Source of the DNA: a virus
Lineage: Duplodnaviria; Caudoviricetes
DNA length: 49,061 nt
Strand: one strand, 5' to 3'
IMG/VR virus record: IMGVR_UViG_3300042983_000001
Location: 1-49,061 of that record
Under the pieces are notes generated by a model. That model was not told where the DNA came from. It did no database searches and was given only the letters and a program-made list of their open reading frames with translations. The first letter of the stretch is position 1; each line of letters begins with the position of its first letter. Both the position numbers and the translations under genes were made by a program. Positions 9,178-19,133 of the stretch are shown piece after piece.

Positions 9178-10583
9178 GAGTATCCTGGCGTGTAATCCAA
9201 CCCAGCTCCGACAATTACCCGTTTAACTGGATCTGTGATCGCTAGCTCGAATATATAATCTCTAGCCGTTCCGAGCCTTCTGAACTCAGCGCGTTTGGGA
9301 TATTTTCCAATCTTTCCCATAGAAGCCCTCAACTCATTCCCATAGGAATGCCCGCCATCCCTCGAAATCCTCAGCATCACTTGCGGATCTACACCTTGAC
9401 CGGAAACAAGACCGACGCCTGATTCGAAGTCCACGAATAGCCTGTTGATCGTCACCCGGTCGTAATTCTGGAAAAAGTGCCTCGTAACAATGACCGACCT
9501 GATCGCATCTCCGTTGTCCGAATAAAGCGTCGGGTCGATCATGTAGACGTTTCCGTTAGAATAATCGAAAAGGCGCGGCTTGTTGACATAGTCGAGACAC
9601 ATTTCTCCGCGGTCTCTTTCCCCATTCAGACCGTATTGAACCTCTCCCCAAAGACCTGATAAAGCATCGAACTCGAATGATTTCATTCCGGTCGGAAAAT
9701 TGATCTGGTAGAACGGATGCCCGCCTTGCATCCTGGAAAATCCTGTTGCATCGGATACCGTAGTAAAGCTGTTTATGATCGAATCGAGTTCCGGATTTGA
9801 TAAAGGCGTAGGTGTATAGCCTTTCAGCATCATCACCTGAACCTGACCCATTTTGTTTTTGAACAGGCCCGCCAGGGAGTCATTGAATTTAGCGAGTGAC
9901 CATCTCGCAGCCAATCCGTACTCAATCGTGGAGCCTCTTACCGGAGCAAAAGGAAAATCCTGCGCTCCAGTGTTACCCCAAAACTCTGTCGTCGCCTCTC
10001 CGAAAAGTGAGATTTCGCCGTGGTCCGCAAATACCCTGACCAATCCATCAGGGGCACTTTCAGCGCTCGCCACGTCCAGCGCATCCCAGGTCGTGCCGTC
10101 TGAGGAGATCTGGAACGAATCCCCGGAACCCTGATCGACGATAAATTGCCCGTCGAGCCAAGTGCAGGTAGTGGCGGCATCCGGATAATCGGCAGCGGCC
10201 ACGACCGCAAAGACGTTGGTTGCCAGGGTGAATGTATAACCGGCAGTCCCGTCTGTTATTAGGATTACTACTCCGTCAGTCGTCAGATCAACTCGGCCGG
10301 TGGTTGTAGACAGCGTCCCTCTGCTGGTTTGGGTCCCGGCGTTGTTGATTTCCCAAAGGGTCCCGCGATGGACCACGAACCCGCGGACACCTACCGCTAT
10401 TGCTCCGCGTGCTGGGGTGTCGCCGAACGTCGTAAAGAGCGACCTTCCGGCCCTCCCGTAAAACGCTATCCTTGTCTTATCCCCGTCAGGTTGTATTTCC
10501 CCGTACAGGTTGATTCTTTGCTGCGCAGTGACATTCGGTGATTTGCCTTTGAATCCGCCCCCAAACAACGGGACAATCGGCAT
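9174..10583 (-). CDS. Packaged-DNA stabilisation/tail hub protein (P22 gp10-like)
   Basis: 'ASAESAPDGL', 'TEFW.NTG', 'GHPFYQINFP', 'PQVMLRISRDGGHSYG'. Confidence 0.85.
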   Translation of the reverse strand: MPIVPLFGGGFKGKSPNVTAQQRINLYGEIQPDGDKTRIAFYGRAGRSLFTTFGDTPARGAIAVGVRGFVVHRGTLWEINNAGTQTSRGTLSTTTGRVDLTTDGVVILITDGTAGYTFTLATNVFAVVAAADYPDAATTCTWLDGQFIVDQGSGDSFQISSDGTTWDALDVASAESAPDGLVRVFADHGEISLFGEATTEFWGNTGAQDFPFAPVRGSTIEYGLAARWSLAKFNDSLAGLFKNKMGQVQVMMLKGYTPTPLSNPELDSIINSFTTVSDATGFSRMQGGHPFYQINFPTGMKSFEFDALSGLWGEVQYGLNGERDRGEMCLDYVNKPRLFDYSNGNVYMIDPTLYSDNGDAIRSVIVTRHFFQNYDRVTINRLFVDFESGVGLVSGQGVDPQVMLRISRDGGHSYGNELRASMGKIGKYPKRAEFRRLGTARDYIFELAITDPVKRVIVGAGLDYTPGYS

Positions 10584-11524
10584 CAGTCTCGACCTGGTTC
10601 GAAAAACACGTCGGTCGTCTCAGGGTCGGTGTTCTGCGCTATGCTCAAAGCCTCGTTCCTTGCGATCATAAGCTCTTGAGAAACCGGCTTGCCGTACATC
10701 GGGCAAATGTCGATCGCCAGTTGAGCCACGAGCGGCCGATACCATTCCTGTGGATAGTCGGGGGTGTCGGTCAAGGCATCGAAGTCCTCAATCGTCCCCA
10801 GGAACACGATCCTTATTACCTTGGTGACGTCGTCTGGCTCGATATCAAGATAGAGCGTCCCATTGGTCAAAGTCGCTTCGTAGGCCAGCCAGGAAGGCGT
10901 GCCGTCAGCCGTTTTGTCGGGTATGGCCTCGTAGTCCTCACGCTTCTTATTGACTACTAGAGGCGTGTCTAGCGTGTTTGTATCTCGTATAACCGCGGTC
11001 AGGAGGTTGAGCGGTCTTCTTACCTTGGTCGTATAGGCAAAGATTCTAGCCCCACTAGCCGCAGCTCCTAGCGAGTTCGCCGGCAGCGTAATCGTCCCTG
11101 GAATAGCGCTTATGGTCGTCCAGCCGATAGACCCGCTCGAAAGGACGAGCCCGATGTTGTCCCCTATGGTCATTCCTGTGGTGCTGGCAACCGTGATGCT
11201 GGTTGCGTTTGCGGCCTTCGAGACACTTAGCGTCGTGGTGACGTAGGACGACGTTGCGTTATCACCAGAAGGTCCTAGGGAATAGACGGACTGGCCTTTT
11301 TGCAGGAAGACATAACCCGTTTTACGGCTCCACGTCTTCAGGTTCCCACCGAAATCTGCCTTCCCCTGCCATTGCTTCACCAGCATGTTGAGCTTGCGCG
11401 AGCAGTCGGCAATATCGTCCGCGTTTGGCGTTTGATCGATGCCCAAGATCGTGGCGTCCTTCATGGCCTGCGTAATGATTTCGTCCCGGTTAATTGAGAA
11501 ATCAACCGAACCGGAAGTCGTCAC
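10583..11524 (-). CDS. Head-tail adaptor (gp4-like) with an inserted Ser/Thr-rich beta domain
   Basis: 'LNMLVKQW' and 'DYPQEWY' motifs; upstream of gp10-like gene. Confidence 0.7.
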   Translation of the reverse strand: MTTSGSVDFSINRDEIITQAMKDATILGIDQTPNADDIADCSRKLNMLVKQWQGKADFGGNLKTWSRKTGYVFLQKGQSVYSLGPSGDNATSSYVTTTLSVSKAANATSITVASTTGMTIGDNIGLVLSSGSIGWTTISAIPGTITLPANSLGAAASGARIFAYTTKVRRPLNLLTAVIRDTNTLDTPLVVNKKREDYEAIPDKTADGTPSWLAYEATLTNGTLYLDIEPDDVTKVIRIVFLGTIEDFDALTDTPDYPQEWYRPLVAQLAIDICPMYGKPVSQELMIARNEALSIAQNTDPETTDVFFEPGRD

Positions 11525-13080
11525 GCAACTTTCCTTTCAAACTTCGTCAGATGAGCCTGGATCGCGTCCCACATGGCATCTTCTGAAATGTCCTCCTGAC
11601 AAGCCGCCACTCCGATCTTTTTCCCACGCCGGCAACTATCGAAACCGTAATGCATCATGTGGCACGGGTAACAGGAGGTATTCGCAGGAGTCAGGGAGAT
11701 GCAATTTACCCAATCACGACTCAGGTTCTCGACCGAGCTATGCGAGAGCGTCAAGACTTTGGGGACTCCATCCATCGCAGCCGCATTCATAACTCCAGTC
11801 TCAGGACCGACAACTAAATCGGCCACGGAAATGAAAGACAAGCTCTGACGGATCGACCAGATACCGCTTTTCGGGATGACTCGCTTTTCGTTCTCCCACG
11901 GATATTCGATCATCTTGCATAGCTCATCACCGACGAATACGACCCGGCAATCATGATGCCTAATCATCAGCCGCGCAATAACCGCATCGACGTGCGGCCA
12001 TACCTTATGAACCGACGACCCAGCCAGCGACCAAAGGATCACCGGCCCATCGGTTTTCATTCCCTGGCGCTCTTTCCTCGCCCAGGTCTTTTCTTCCTCT
12101 GTCGCGTAGAACTTCTGCCGTGAAGGCATTGGCACATCCGCCAGCTTGTGATGGAACTCGACGTAATTCTGGTTCAGCATTGCGTGTCTGACTTCATGCG
12201 GCCAGCGCGAGGCAATCTTGTCTTGTGTGGCTAGAAACGTACCCTCTACTGACTCGCACAGGTTGATCCACTTGTTATATTTTTTCTCCTCATGCTTCCA
12301 GAAATCACCGAGGGCGGCATTAGGGACTTGATCAACGTCCTGGAGAATCACTTTGTCTATGTGTGGATCGTTCTTGACGACGGCGTAACCCCTGGGGACC
12401 GTGTACAGGGTGATGTGATAGCCCTCTTTTTTCAGTCCCGGGAAGATGCTGGAGGTCATCAGCAAATCACCGAAAGCTCCATACCTAACGACCGCACAAG
12501 TCTTCTCCGGCTTCGGGTCCTTGTAGGACATCCGCCATTTATCGCCCTTGATTTTCTTGTAGACCTGAAAGAAGGAGTATTCGGTATCCTCGTTCCGCTC
12601 CTGGTTATCGATCAAATCCCACGTGCCTTGAGGGACCAACTTCTTCATCACATCGATGATGTCCTCTGGCAGGAAGTCGTGCTTATGGTCGGGGTTAGAA
12701 CCAGGGACTCCGATGTTTGGATAGAAATTCTTGTGCGGGAGGTAGAGTAGCAAAAACCCTCCAACCTTCACCAGACGCCACCATTCTTTTAGCGCGTCTT
12801 CGTGGTCAACAATATGTTCCAGAAGGTGCGAGCTGAATACGAAGTTCATCGACTGCGAGGCGAACATCTCCAACTTCTCGCATGTCTTCACTACGAAATC
12901 CGGCTGCATCCTCGTTCCGAAGAGCTTGATATCGGCTAGGTTGTCCACCCCGATAAAATGCGGGAAGGCTTTATGCGGACCACAACCAAGGTCCAAGCCC
13001 ATCCCTCGGGTGTATTGGACAAGCTCCCAGCGAATCTTCCCGGCTTCGTTGCCTTCCGGGTCGTCAATTTTCCAGACCAA
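11521..13080 (-). CDS. Fusion of class I SAM methyltransferase and GT9-family glycosyltransferase
   Basis: N-terminal 'GLDLGCG', 'FSSHLLEH', 'WWRLVKVGG'; C-terminal 'VRYGAFGDLL', 'ADLVVGPETG', 'CYPCH'; TTG start. Confidence 0.85.
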   Translation of the reverse strand: MVWKIDDPEGNEAGKIRWELVQYTRGMGLDLGCGPHKAFPHFIGVDNLADIKLFGTRMQPDFVVKTCEKLEMFASQSMNFVFSSHLLEHIVDHEDALKEWWRLVKVGGFLLLYLPHKNFYPNIGVPGSNPDHKHDFLPEDIIDVMKKLVPQGTWDLIDNQERNEDTEYSFFQVYKKIKGDKWRMSYKDPKPEKTCAVVRYGAFGDLLMTSSIFPGLKKEGYHITLYTVPRGYAVVKNDPHIDKVILQDVDQVPNAALGDFWKHEEKKYNKWINLCESVEGTFLATQDKIASRWPHEVRHAMLNQNYVEFHHKLADVPMPSRQKFYATEEEKTWARKERQGMKTDGPVILWSLAGSSVHKVWPHVDAVIARLMIRHHDCRVVFVGDELCKMIEYPWENEKRVIPKSGIWSIRQSLSFISVADLVVGPETGVMNAAAMDGVPKVLTLSHSSVENLSRDWVNCISLTPANTSCYPCHMMHYGFDSCRRGKKIGVAACQEDISEDAMWDAIQAHLTKFERKVA

Positions 13081-13090
13081 TCACACCCCC

Positions 13091-13119
13091 AAAGAAGAAC
13101 GGCCCCGAAGGGCCGTTTT
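13091..13119 (-). terminator. Rho-independent terminator after the capsid genes
   Basis: AACGGCCC-TTCG-GGGCCGTT followed by CTTCTTT. Confidence 0.8.
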
Positions 13120-13120
13120 G

Positions 13121-13522
13121 TTACGACGTCACCGCAGCGCCAGGAACCAATGCGTACTCAACAGAGCATCCCAGTTGAATCGTCGCGTCGGTGCCGGCGT
13201 TGTTGATATCCAGGCAGTCCCCAACAGCAAGGGTGAAGGTGCCGAGGATGTTGGTGCTAGCGATTGCCGCCGACCCGTAAGTCGTTAATACATGGGTCGT
13301 GGTTCCCGTGCCATTCGCATTGATCTTCAATGCGGTGATGGCATTGGCAATAGTTCCGGCAGTCTTCGGTTTGAAGTTGTACGCCTTCACCAACATATCG
13401 GTGAAAGCCACAAACCGATGAGCTGAGATAGTCCCAGCAATGCCGCTCCCCGAAATTGGGCCACCAGAGGTGTAACGCGCACGATAAACAGGATCGTCAT
13501 ACGACATGCTTTTTGTTGCCAT
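13121..13522 (-). CDS. Putative capsid decoration/cement protein
   Basis: 133 aa, T/A/G-rich, immediately after the major capsid gene; strong RBS (AGGAG). Confidence 0.6.
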   Translation of the reverse strand: MATKSMSYDDPVYRARYTSGGPISGSGIAGTISAHRFVAFTDMLVKAYNFKPKTAGTIANAITALKINANGTGTTTHVLTTYGSAAIASTNILGTFTLAVGDCLDINNAGTDATIQLGCSVEYALVPGAAVTS

Positions 13523-13595
13523 TTGTATCTCCTACCATGAACGCCTCCCGTTCAGGGAAATGTGGCAGCGGGGGAAGGCCCGATCCGCCTTTAAG

Positions 13596-14603
13596 TTAAG
13601 CTGCTGACTCCCACTTCACGATGCGGGCGTTGGCGACGTTGTTTGCGATGTTCGACTGAATGCTCGCAAACCCGCCGAGGTAGTACCAAGCCACACCTTT
13701 CGAACGTCCATAGTCTGTCGGGATCTTTCCTCGCATCTCCTCGGGGACCGCGATAGCTTCCGCTGCCGTGTCCTCGCCGCAGAAGAAAATCCAGTCCGAC
13801 AGGCCGTTATCCCAGGAGTCCGAGACGTTGTTGAACGTATCGAATGTCGTGGTATTGTCAGCACCGCCGCGCGGGATATTGGTCTGCTCGACATAGCGCA
13901 TGTTGTCGTACCGCCCGATCTCCCCATACATCAGCTGCCTAAACCCTTCGGTCGTGTATTGGAATACCTGCTCCAGATTGTTCTTCAGGGTCCGGAAGGT
14001 GGACGGCCAAGCGATGGCGTAATAGTCGTCCTCCGTGTAGGCCGGAATGTTCCGCTCCTTCATGAAGTCCACCACGAGCTTGGTATGCGGAAGCCCAAAC
14101 GCGATGCTGTTGGTCGCCGTCACCGTCCCCGTGGTGCTGATATGCAATGAGGTCGTTGACGTGCCATTGAGTGCCTGCACGGCAAGCAGCGTGTTGTTGA
14201 ACTGCGCATGCGCTGAAGCGTCGAACCATTTCTTGGCGTCGTTCTTCAGCACCTTGTTGACGATCGTCTTGACATCGTGATACGACAAATCGTCAAGCTT
14301 CCCCGAATACGGAACCGAGTTCCCCGCCTCCGTCAGGGTCAAAGTCCCCTGAACGATGGTGAAGTTAGTTTCCGGCATCGTGGCGGTTTCCGCCAAGCTC
14401 TGAGCCGCCCTCACTGCTACATCCTGGTAGATGTCCCAGGTGAAGATGTCGCCCTTCTTTTTTCCGCCCAGAGAGGCATCCTTCACATCACAGAACTGGC
14501 GAAAGCGCGTCATCGGCTGAACCGCCGCGCGAAGGTCTTTCGACAGATTCAACGAATAGAGGAACCCGCCTAGGCTGTTTGTCAGCCAGACTTGTCCTGC
14601 CAT
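13596..14603 (-). CDS. Major capsid protein (N4-gp56-like family)
   Basis: 'MAGQVW...RFRQFCD', 'EAGNSVPYSGKL', 'GEIGRY', 'DYGRSKGVAWYYLGGF'; follows the scaffold gene. Confidence 0.85.
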   Translation of the reverse strand: MAGQVWLTNSLGGFLYSLNLSKDLRAAVQPMTRFRQFCDVKDASLGGKKKGDIFTWDIYQDVAVRAAQSLAETATMPETNFTIVQGTLTLTEAGNSVPYSGKLDDLSYHDVKTIVNKVLKNDAKKWFDASAHAQFNNTLLAVQALNGTSTTSLHISTTGTVTATNSIAFGLPHTKLVVDFMKERNIPAYTEDDYYAIAWPSTFRTLKNNLEQVFQYTTEGFRQLMYGEIGRYDNMRYVEQTNIPRGGADNTTTFDTFNNVSDSWDNGLSDWIFFCGEDTAAEAIAVPEEMRGKIPTDYGRSKGVAWYYLGGFASIQSNIANNVANARIVKWESAA

Positions 14604-14617
14604 TTGGATCTCCTAAA

Positions 14618-15586
14618 TTAGCGCCGCGCCCTCATTGCGTCAGGTAGTTGCCTCGATCTGCCTCTAGTGGCTGCCATCTCGGCAATAACTTCCTTGGGCG
14701 TTGGCTCTTTCTGTTCTTGCGGAGCCGGTTTCCTTGCGGAAGCGGCTGCTGGTTGCGGGACGGATTGAGACTTCAGGACGCGTTTCTCAGCAAGAGGGTC
14801 CGCCTGCTTTGGGGCTTTGGCTCCGAGCCAGTCCCGGACTTCCTTGACGATGTCGCCGTATAGTTCGAGGTAAGGGCGGTTATCGCCCGCCTGTCTCTTA
14901 CTGCGTTCGCCGTCAAGAAATAGCCTGTGCAGGTAGGGGTCTTCTGCGATGTCTTTGCATTCCCGTTTGTACCAACCTTCCGCGGTCCGAAACTCCATGC
15001 GCTCATCGACCATGGCCGCCGCCTGTTCAGGGGTAAGGCCAGCATTACCTTTGAGCTTCTTGAGTGCTTCGGCTGCTTCTTCCTCGCTACCGTATTGGAT
15101 GGCGTGGGCTAATGCCTTTACGTCCTCTCCGGTGGCTTTCGGAGCGTCTTTCGATGGCTCCGGATTCTGTGAATTCTGTACGTGGGCGAGGAGGCGATTC
15201 GCTTCCTCGCGGGCCTTGTTCGCTTCGACCAAACGAGCGTCAGCGGCCGTCTCTTTTTGCAATGTCTTGATCCCGAATTCAATAACTTTCGACTCTGGGA
15301 CTTCCTGTTCTTTGCCGTCAACCTTGATCTTGAAAGTTTTCTCGGCCGGCTTTTCCGGCTCGGCCGGAGTTTCTGCTTCTGCTGGAGCAGGCGCTTCCTC
15401 GGCCGGCGCTTCAGCCTTCGCCTCGGCCTTCGCTTCCTCGGCAGGAATCAGGTCCTCGCGCTTGCCCCCGCCCTGTTCGATTTCCTTGGCCTTGTTCTCC
15501 AGGTCGTTCGCGATGATCTGTTCCATCAGATCGCGGCGGGGATTGACTAGCACCAGTTCTTTTTCCTGACCTTCTTCTTCAGCCAT
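14618..15586 (-). CDS. Capsid scaffolding protein
   Basis: E/A/K/P-rich; 'FKIKVDGKEQEV' motif; directly upstream of the capsid gene. Confidence 0.8.
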   Translation of the reverse strand: MAEEEGQEKELVLVNPRRDLMEQIIANDLENKAKEIEQGGGKREDLIPAEEAKAEAKAEAPAEEAPAPAEAETPAEPEKPAEKTFKIKVDGKEQEVPESKVIEFGIKTLQKETAADARLVEANKAREEANRLLAHVQNSQNPEPSKDAPKATGEDVKALAHAIQYGSEEEAAEALKKLKGNAGLTPEQAAAMVDERMEFRTAEGWYKRECKDIAEDPYLHRLFLDGERSKRQAGDNRPYLELYGDIVKEVRDWLGAKAPKQADPLAEKRVLKSQSVPQPAAASARKPAPQEQKEPTPKEVIAEMAATRGRSRQLPDAMRARR

Positions 15587-15596
15587 TGGCTCTCCA

Positions 15597-15630
15597 AAAG
15601 AAAAAGCCCGCTGGGCGAACCATGCGGGCC
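15597..15630 (-). terminator. Rho-independent terminator-like hairpin
   Basis: GCCCGC...GCGGGC followed by TTTTTCTTTT. Confidence 0.6.
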
Positions 15631-15646
15631 TGTAGGGAAACTCTGC

Positions 15647-15922
15647 TTACTCTGCTTGTTCCAGCGTGTCTAAGGCTTGGCGCCCCGAGATAATCAGCTC
15701 AACTAACCAGCCCTTGAAACTCTCGGCACGCCGGATGTCATTTTGCAGCTCGGCTATACGTCTCCGCCTCCAGGGCGCGACGTTCTTTAGCTTCTCCGTT
15801 GCTGCCGTCACTTCCTGCTCGGCCATACCTAGGATTGTTCGTCCCAGGTCGGAGGCTAGAAACTCCTCAGCGTCCTTGCCGATCGTCACCGAGGCGATTA
15901 GAGCCTGGCTGTCGTCACTCAT
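15647..15922 (-). CDS. Small head-region protein
   Basis: 91 aa helical protein preceding the scaffold gene. Confidence 0.65.
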   Translation of the reverse strand: MSDDSQALIASVTIGKDAEEFLASDLGRTILGMAEQEVTAATEKLKNVAPWRRRRIAELQNDIRRAESFKGWLVELIISGRQALDTLEQAE

Positions 15923-16238
15923 CGATTAGAGCCACTACAAGCGCCACTATGCGATTCCTCTTTCTTCGTTTCGACGCTTCGTATTCAAGATGAACGAGCC
16001 GCTTCAATTCATCGGCGTGAGCGGTAGAAAATGGCGTCCTGGTTAAAACCGTAACGGGCTCGATAAACGGCATCGATGGCTCGTCAGGATCGCCCCAGTA
16101 GCTACGCTTGCGGCGTTTGAACCTGCCGCTACCGCCAGTCCCGCCGTGCTGAACGACAACATCAGAAACAATAACCTGTTGCTGTCCATTTGTGCTAAAC
16201 GATCCGCTGCTAAAGCTGCCGCCGCTGAAACCAGCCAT
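15915..16238 (-). CDS. Hypothetical protein
   Basis: Overlaps the downstream gene; Gly/Ser-rich N-terminus. Confidence 0.55.
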   Translation of the reverse strand: MAGFSGGSFSSGSFSTNGQQQVIVSDVVVQHGGTGGSGRFKRRKRSYWGDPDEPSMPFIEPVTVLTRTPFSTAHADELKRLVHLEYEASKRRKRNRIVALVVALIDE

Positions 16239-16247
16239 CAGCCCAGA

Positions 16248-17057
16248 TCACAATATAATTACATTGCTTGGAAGGATAACCAAGCCGAGCGTTAAAGCCT
16301 TCGCCACAATTGCCGAAATGATGGCGGCTTCTACTGTCGCTTGCGTAAGGCTACTGGGTAACGACACTTCGACCTCTTGCTGTCTGCCCGTAGCAATATC
16401 GGCCGAAACATCATCTCCAAAGAACGTGGCCGAATAAACTATCCTTTGTAGATTTACTCCACCAAGTCCAGCATTTGCTCGATAGTTTGCTATAGCATTT
16501 ACGACAGGTCCGGCAGTGCCAGTGCAACTCCATTCCAAGAGCCGTGTGTCGAGAGCATTGCCGTAGCCCCACACACCGGGCGCTCCGGAAGCCAGCGATG
16601 CGTCGGTCCCTGAGAACTGGATCACACCGTTTTTCTTGCTCGTTACGGTGGTGCCGACTACACTGATTTCAATATCGTCACCTTGGGCGAAACCGCCGTG
16701 GCTGCCGAGTAAGGTCGGTACTCCATTGACACCCTTCTGGGTAGTCGAGCTAATAGAATGCCCCACTAAGAAATATGCGCTTAGTGAGCCATCTAGCGCG
16801 CATCGCACAGCGACGCCAATCTGGCTGTTAGCAGACGCTTCCCGCTCTACAGTTCCACGCGAAAGCTGGTCGTTGGCGAATGAAGCACCGCTGTATCTGG
16901 CGCATACGTACTCGCTGGCTCCTAGATTCGCCGCGAGCGCATTAGACTGGATCACAAAACTGCTCGTCAACGCGCTCGGATAGCTAGGGAGATTTATAAA
17001 AGGCCCGTGCGCGGTAAGCGCTACTCCGTTCGTGTCAGTGAAAGCATCGGCTATCAT
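16248..17057 (-). CDS. Putative virion protein with lectin/ConA-like beta-sandwich
   Basis: 'DAFTDTNG..L..H', 'GDDIEISVVGTTVTSKKNGV...TDASLASGAPGVWG'; start ATG 17057. Confidence 0.55.
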   Translation of the reverse strand: MIADAFTDTNGVALTAHGPFINLPSYPSALTSSFVIQSNALAANLGASEYVCARYSGASFANDQLSRGTVEREASANSQIGVAVRCALDGSLSAYFLVGHSISSTTQKGVNGVPTLLGSHGGFAQGDDIEISVVGTTVTSKKNGVIQFSGTDASLASGAPGVWGYGNALDTRLLEWSCTGTAGPVVNAIANYRANAGLGGVNLQRIVYSATFFGDDVSADIATGRQQEVEVSLPSSLTQATVEAAIISAIVAKALTLGLVILPSNVIIL

Positions 17058-17650
17058 AGAGTCCCCAACGACCCGATGGAGATCGGAGTCGCACCCCACT
17101 GATCACCCAAAAACTTCAAGCCCTGCCGGTATAGCCAGCTAAGCGAGATGCCGGTGAAGTCGTATCCACGAATGTCCGCTGCCGCCTTGAGGCCCTGGCG
17201 AACCTCTAGCGGGATGTCGTTGATGAGCGTGTCGAGCGTGTAGCCAGGCTCGATGATTCTCCTGTTCGCAATGCGGTTATAGCACTGCGCGAAGAGCATC
17301 AGTTGAGCGACGGTTCGCAGCACTACCCTAAACGTCATTCCGATATCGACCCATCCTGTTGGGATATTCAGCACCTCCAGCTTCGAGCGCACCGTGTCGC
17401 GCTGCGCCGCGTTCGCAATCGTGTCGTCGATGTTCAGCGGCGCCGCAGTCACGTCCGCGTTCGCGACGAGCGTGGTGTGCTGGGCGTCGGACACGTCAGC
17501 CACCACCAGACATGTCGGCTCCAGGCCGTAATCGAGGAATCGAAAGATCGCATCCACGCCGGTCGGATTGCCTGAAATGAGCCCGTCGAATTTCATGTAT
17601 TTCGGCCCACGATCACCAATGAGCGGCATGATGTAGTAGCGGACTGTCAC
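17054..17650 (-). CDS. Hypothetical protein
   Basis: 198 aa ORF with ATGA coupling to the next gene. Confidence 0.6.
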   Translation of the reverse strand: MTVRYYIMPLIGDRGPKYMKFDGLISGNPTGVDAIFRFLDYGLEPTCLVVADVSDAQHTTLVANADVTAAPLNIDDTIANAAQRDTVRSKLEVLNIPTGWVDIGMTFRVVLRTVAQLMLFAQCYNRIANRRIIEPGYTLDTLINDIPLEVRQGLKAAADIRGYDFTGISLSWLYRQGLKFLGDQWGATPISIGSLGTL

Positions 17651-17659
17651 GAAAACACC

Positions 17660-18445
17660 TTAAGCGCCTACGTAATAAGCGCAGTTGCCGCGCCACAGCA
17701 CAGCGGCTCCTGGGACCGGCATTACGATTGTCGTATTCGTATTCGCCACGCTGCTCTTGATCGGCTTGGAGAAGTCATTACGCACGTCGATCTGCGTGCC
17801 GCCGGCAATCATCGCGTTCCCAACGCTCCACGCTGGAGACCCGGTCAAATTTGTGCTCGTTATAACCAACGTCGCGGTGCCGGCAAGCGCCGCCGTAGCA
17901 TTGCGCGTTATGTCCAGCATCGTGAGGTAGTGGAATAACCCAGCACCGGCAGCCGGAAGCGTGATCGTGGCGCCGGTATTTGCCGCTGCCGTGACCGTCA
18001 CCCACAATTGCGCCGGGAAATCCTTGCCGTAGATAATGAGGTCGGCGATCGACCCACGAGCCGCAACGACTACAGTTCCCGACGTGTAGGCGGAAACGCG
18101 GCAACGGATGCGCCGAATTCCCGTAACCCCTACCGTGTACGTCTTGGCGAGCGTCGTCGTGATGACGACCGCAGCTAGATAAGCCTCCGTCAGAATATCG
18201 AGCGCCGGGAGGCCGATGTAGTTGGTGCCGTCTACCGTACCCTCGAAAACAAGCGTTGCGTTCATCGCCGCCGTGCGCAGATCGAACGTCGCAGTGGAAG
18301 CGCCGTTAAGATCCATGACGACTTCGCCGTTAAGAGCCGACAGCGTCGCAGTGATCGGGCGCGCGTCGGTTACGGATTCATTCGTGACATAGTCGGGGAA
18401 CAACCCCCTGATCTCGTTACCGCGCGCATCAACAAGTTGTGGCAT
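17660..18445 (-). CDS. Putative structural protein, beta-rich
   Basis: T/A/V-rich; 'LVFEGTVDGTNY' and 'IRCRVSAYTSG' motifs. Confidence 0.6.
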   Translation of the reverse strand: MPQLVDARGNEIRGLFPDYVTNESVTDARPITATLSALNGEVVMDLNGASTATFDLRTAAMNATLVFEGTVDGTNYIGLPALDILTEAYLAAVVITTTLAKTYTVGVTGIRRIRCRVSAYTSGTVVVAARGSIADLIIYGKDFPAQLWVTVTAAANTGATITLPAAGAGLFHYLTMLDITRNATAALAGTATLVITSTNLTGSPAWSVGNAMIAGGTQIDVRNDFSKPIKSSVANTNTTIVMPVPGAAVLWRGNCAYYVGA

Positions 18446-18446
18446 G

Positions 18447-19133
18447 TCAGCCGACCAAGTAATTCAATTTGAAGGCTCCTGACAATTTGCTCGCATCCTG
18501 CGAGTAAAGTTCGGCTGTGAATTGACCAGTACCAGCGACGGCGTTAAAACCTACCTGCCCCATCCCAGGATGATTGGCGTCGGACTGCGCGCAGTTTCCC
18601 CATCCGAGATCGATTTGAGAACCGGTCGTCACCCCGGCATCGGTGATCGTGAACGATGCCTCCAATGCGGGGGTCGCAACGGTCACTGTCGTCGCCTTGA
18701 TGTCCGTCGAGCCAGCCCCGGGCGCAGCACCGACTACCGTAGCGCCGACACGCCGCAGGAATTCACCATCGGCTACGGCGCCGACGACAAGCGTAGTAGG
18801 GCCTGCGGTCTCTCGAATCCCTCGCGCTTGGGTTACGGTCGGGCTCGGGTAAGTGCCGCCAAGATCTCCACTTGCGGCGTCTCCGTCAATGACGGCAGCA
18901 GCAGCTACGGCAGCCGCAGCGCCGGAGGCATCAAAGTCTGTCGTGGCCGCAGCTGCTGCCGACCCGAGTGTTGGCTTGCCTGTCAGATCGGCATAGGCCC
19001 CGGTCTCAGCTACCGCGGCAAGGCCGGTGACTGCATGGCTACTCGGGGAAACGTAATCTACGCCATAGACCTTGTCCTCTATCCCGCTATCGGGAGAAAC
19101 AAGCGCCTTGGTGTGAGTTACTGAGACGGTCAT
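18447..19133 (-). CDS. Fibre-like structural protein
   Basis: 'LAAVAETGAYADLTGKPTLG' and 'ASGDLGGTYPSPTV' fibre repeats. Confidence 0.65.
   Translation of the reverse strand: MTVSVTHTKALVSPDSGIEDKVYGVDYVSPSSHAVTGLAAVAETGAYADLTGKPTLGSAAAAATTDFDASGAAAAVAAAAVIDGDAASGDLGGTYPSPTVTQARGIRETAGPTTLVVGAVADGEFLRRVGATVVGAAPGAGSTDIKATTVTVATPALEASFTITDAGVTTGSQIDLGWGNCAQSDANHPGMGQVGFNAVAGTGQFTAELYSQDASKLSGAFKLNYLVG

Noticed and set aside
13523-13595. Hairpin TGAACG-GGAGG-CGTTCA between capsid and decoration genes as a CsrA site or riboswitch
   Set aside because: Does not match the ANGGA consensus well; a single short hairpin is insufficient evidence.
14648-15569. Long antisense and alternative-frame ORFs over scaffold and other genes
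   Set aside because: Shadow ORFs expected in GC-rich coding DNA, with no motifs. Only the methyltransferase nested frame was kept because it carries a missing catalytic-family motif.
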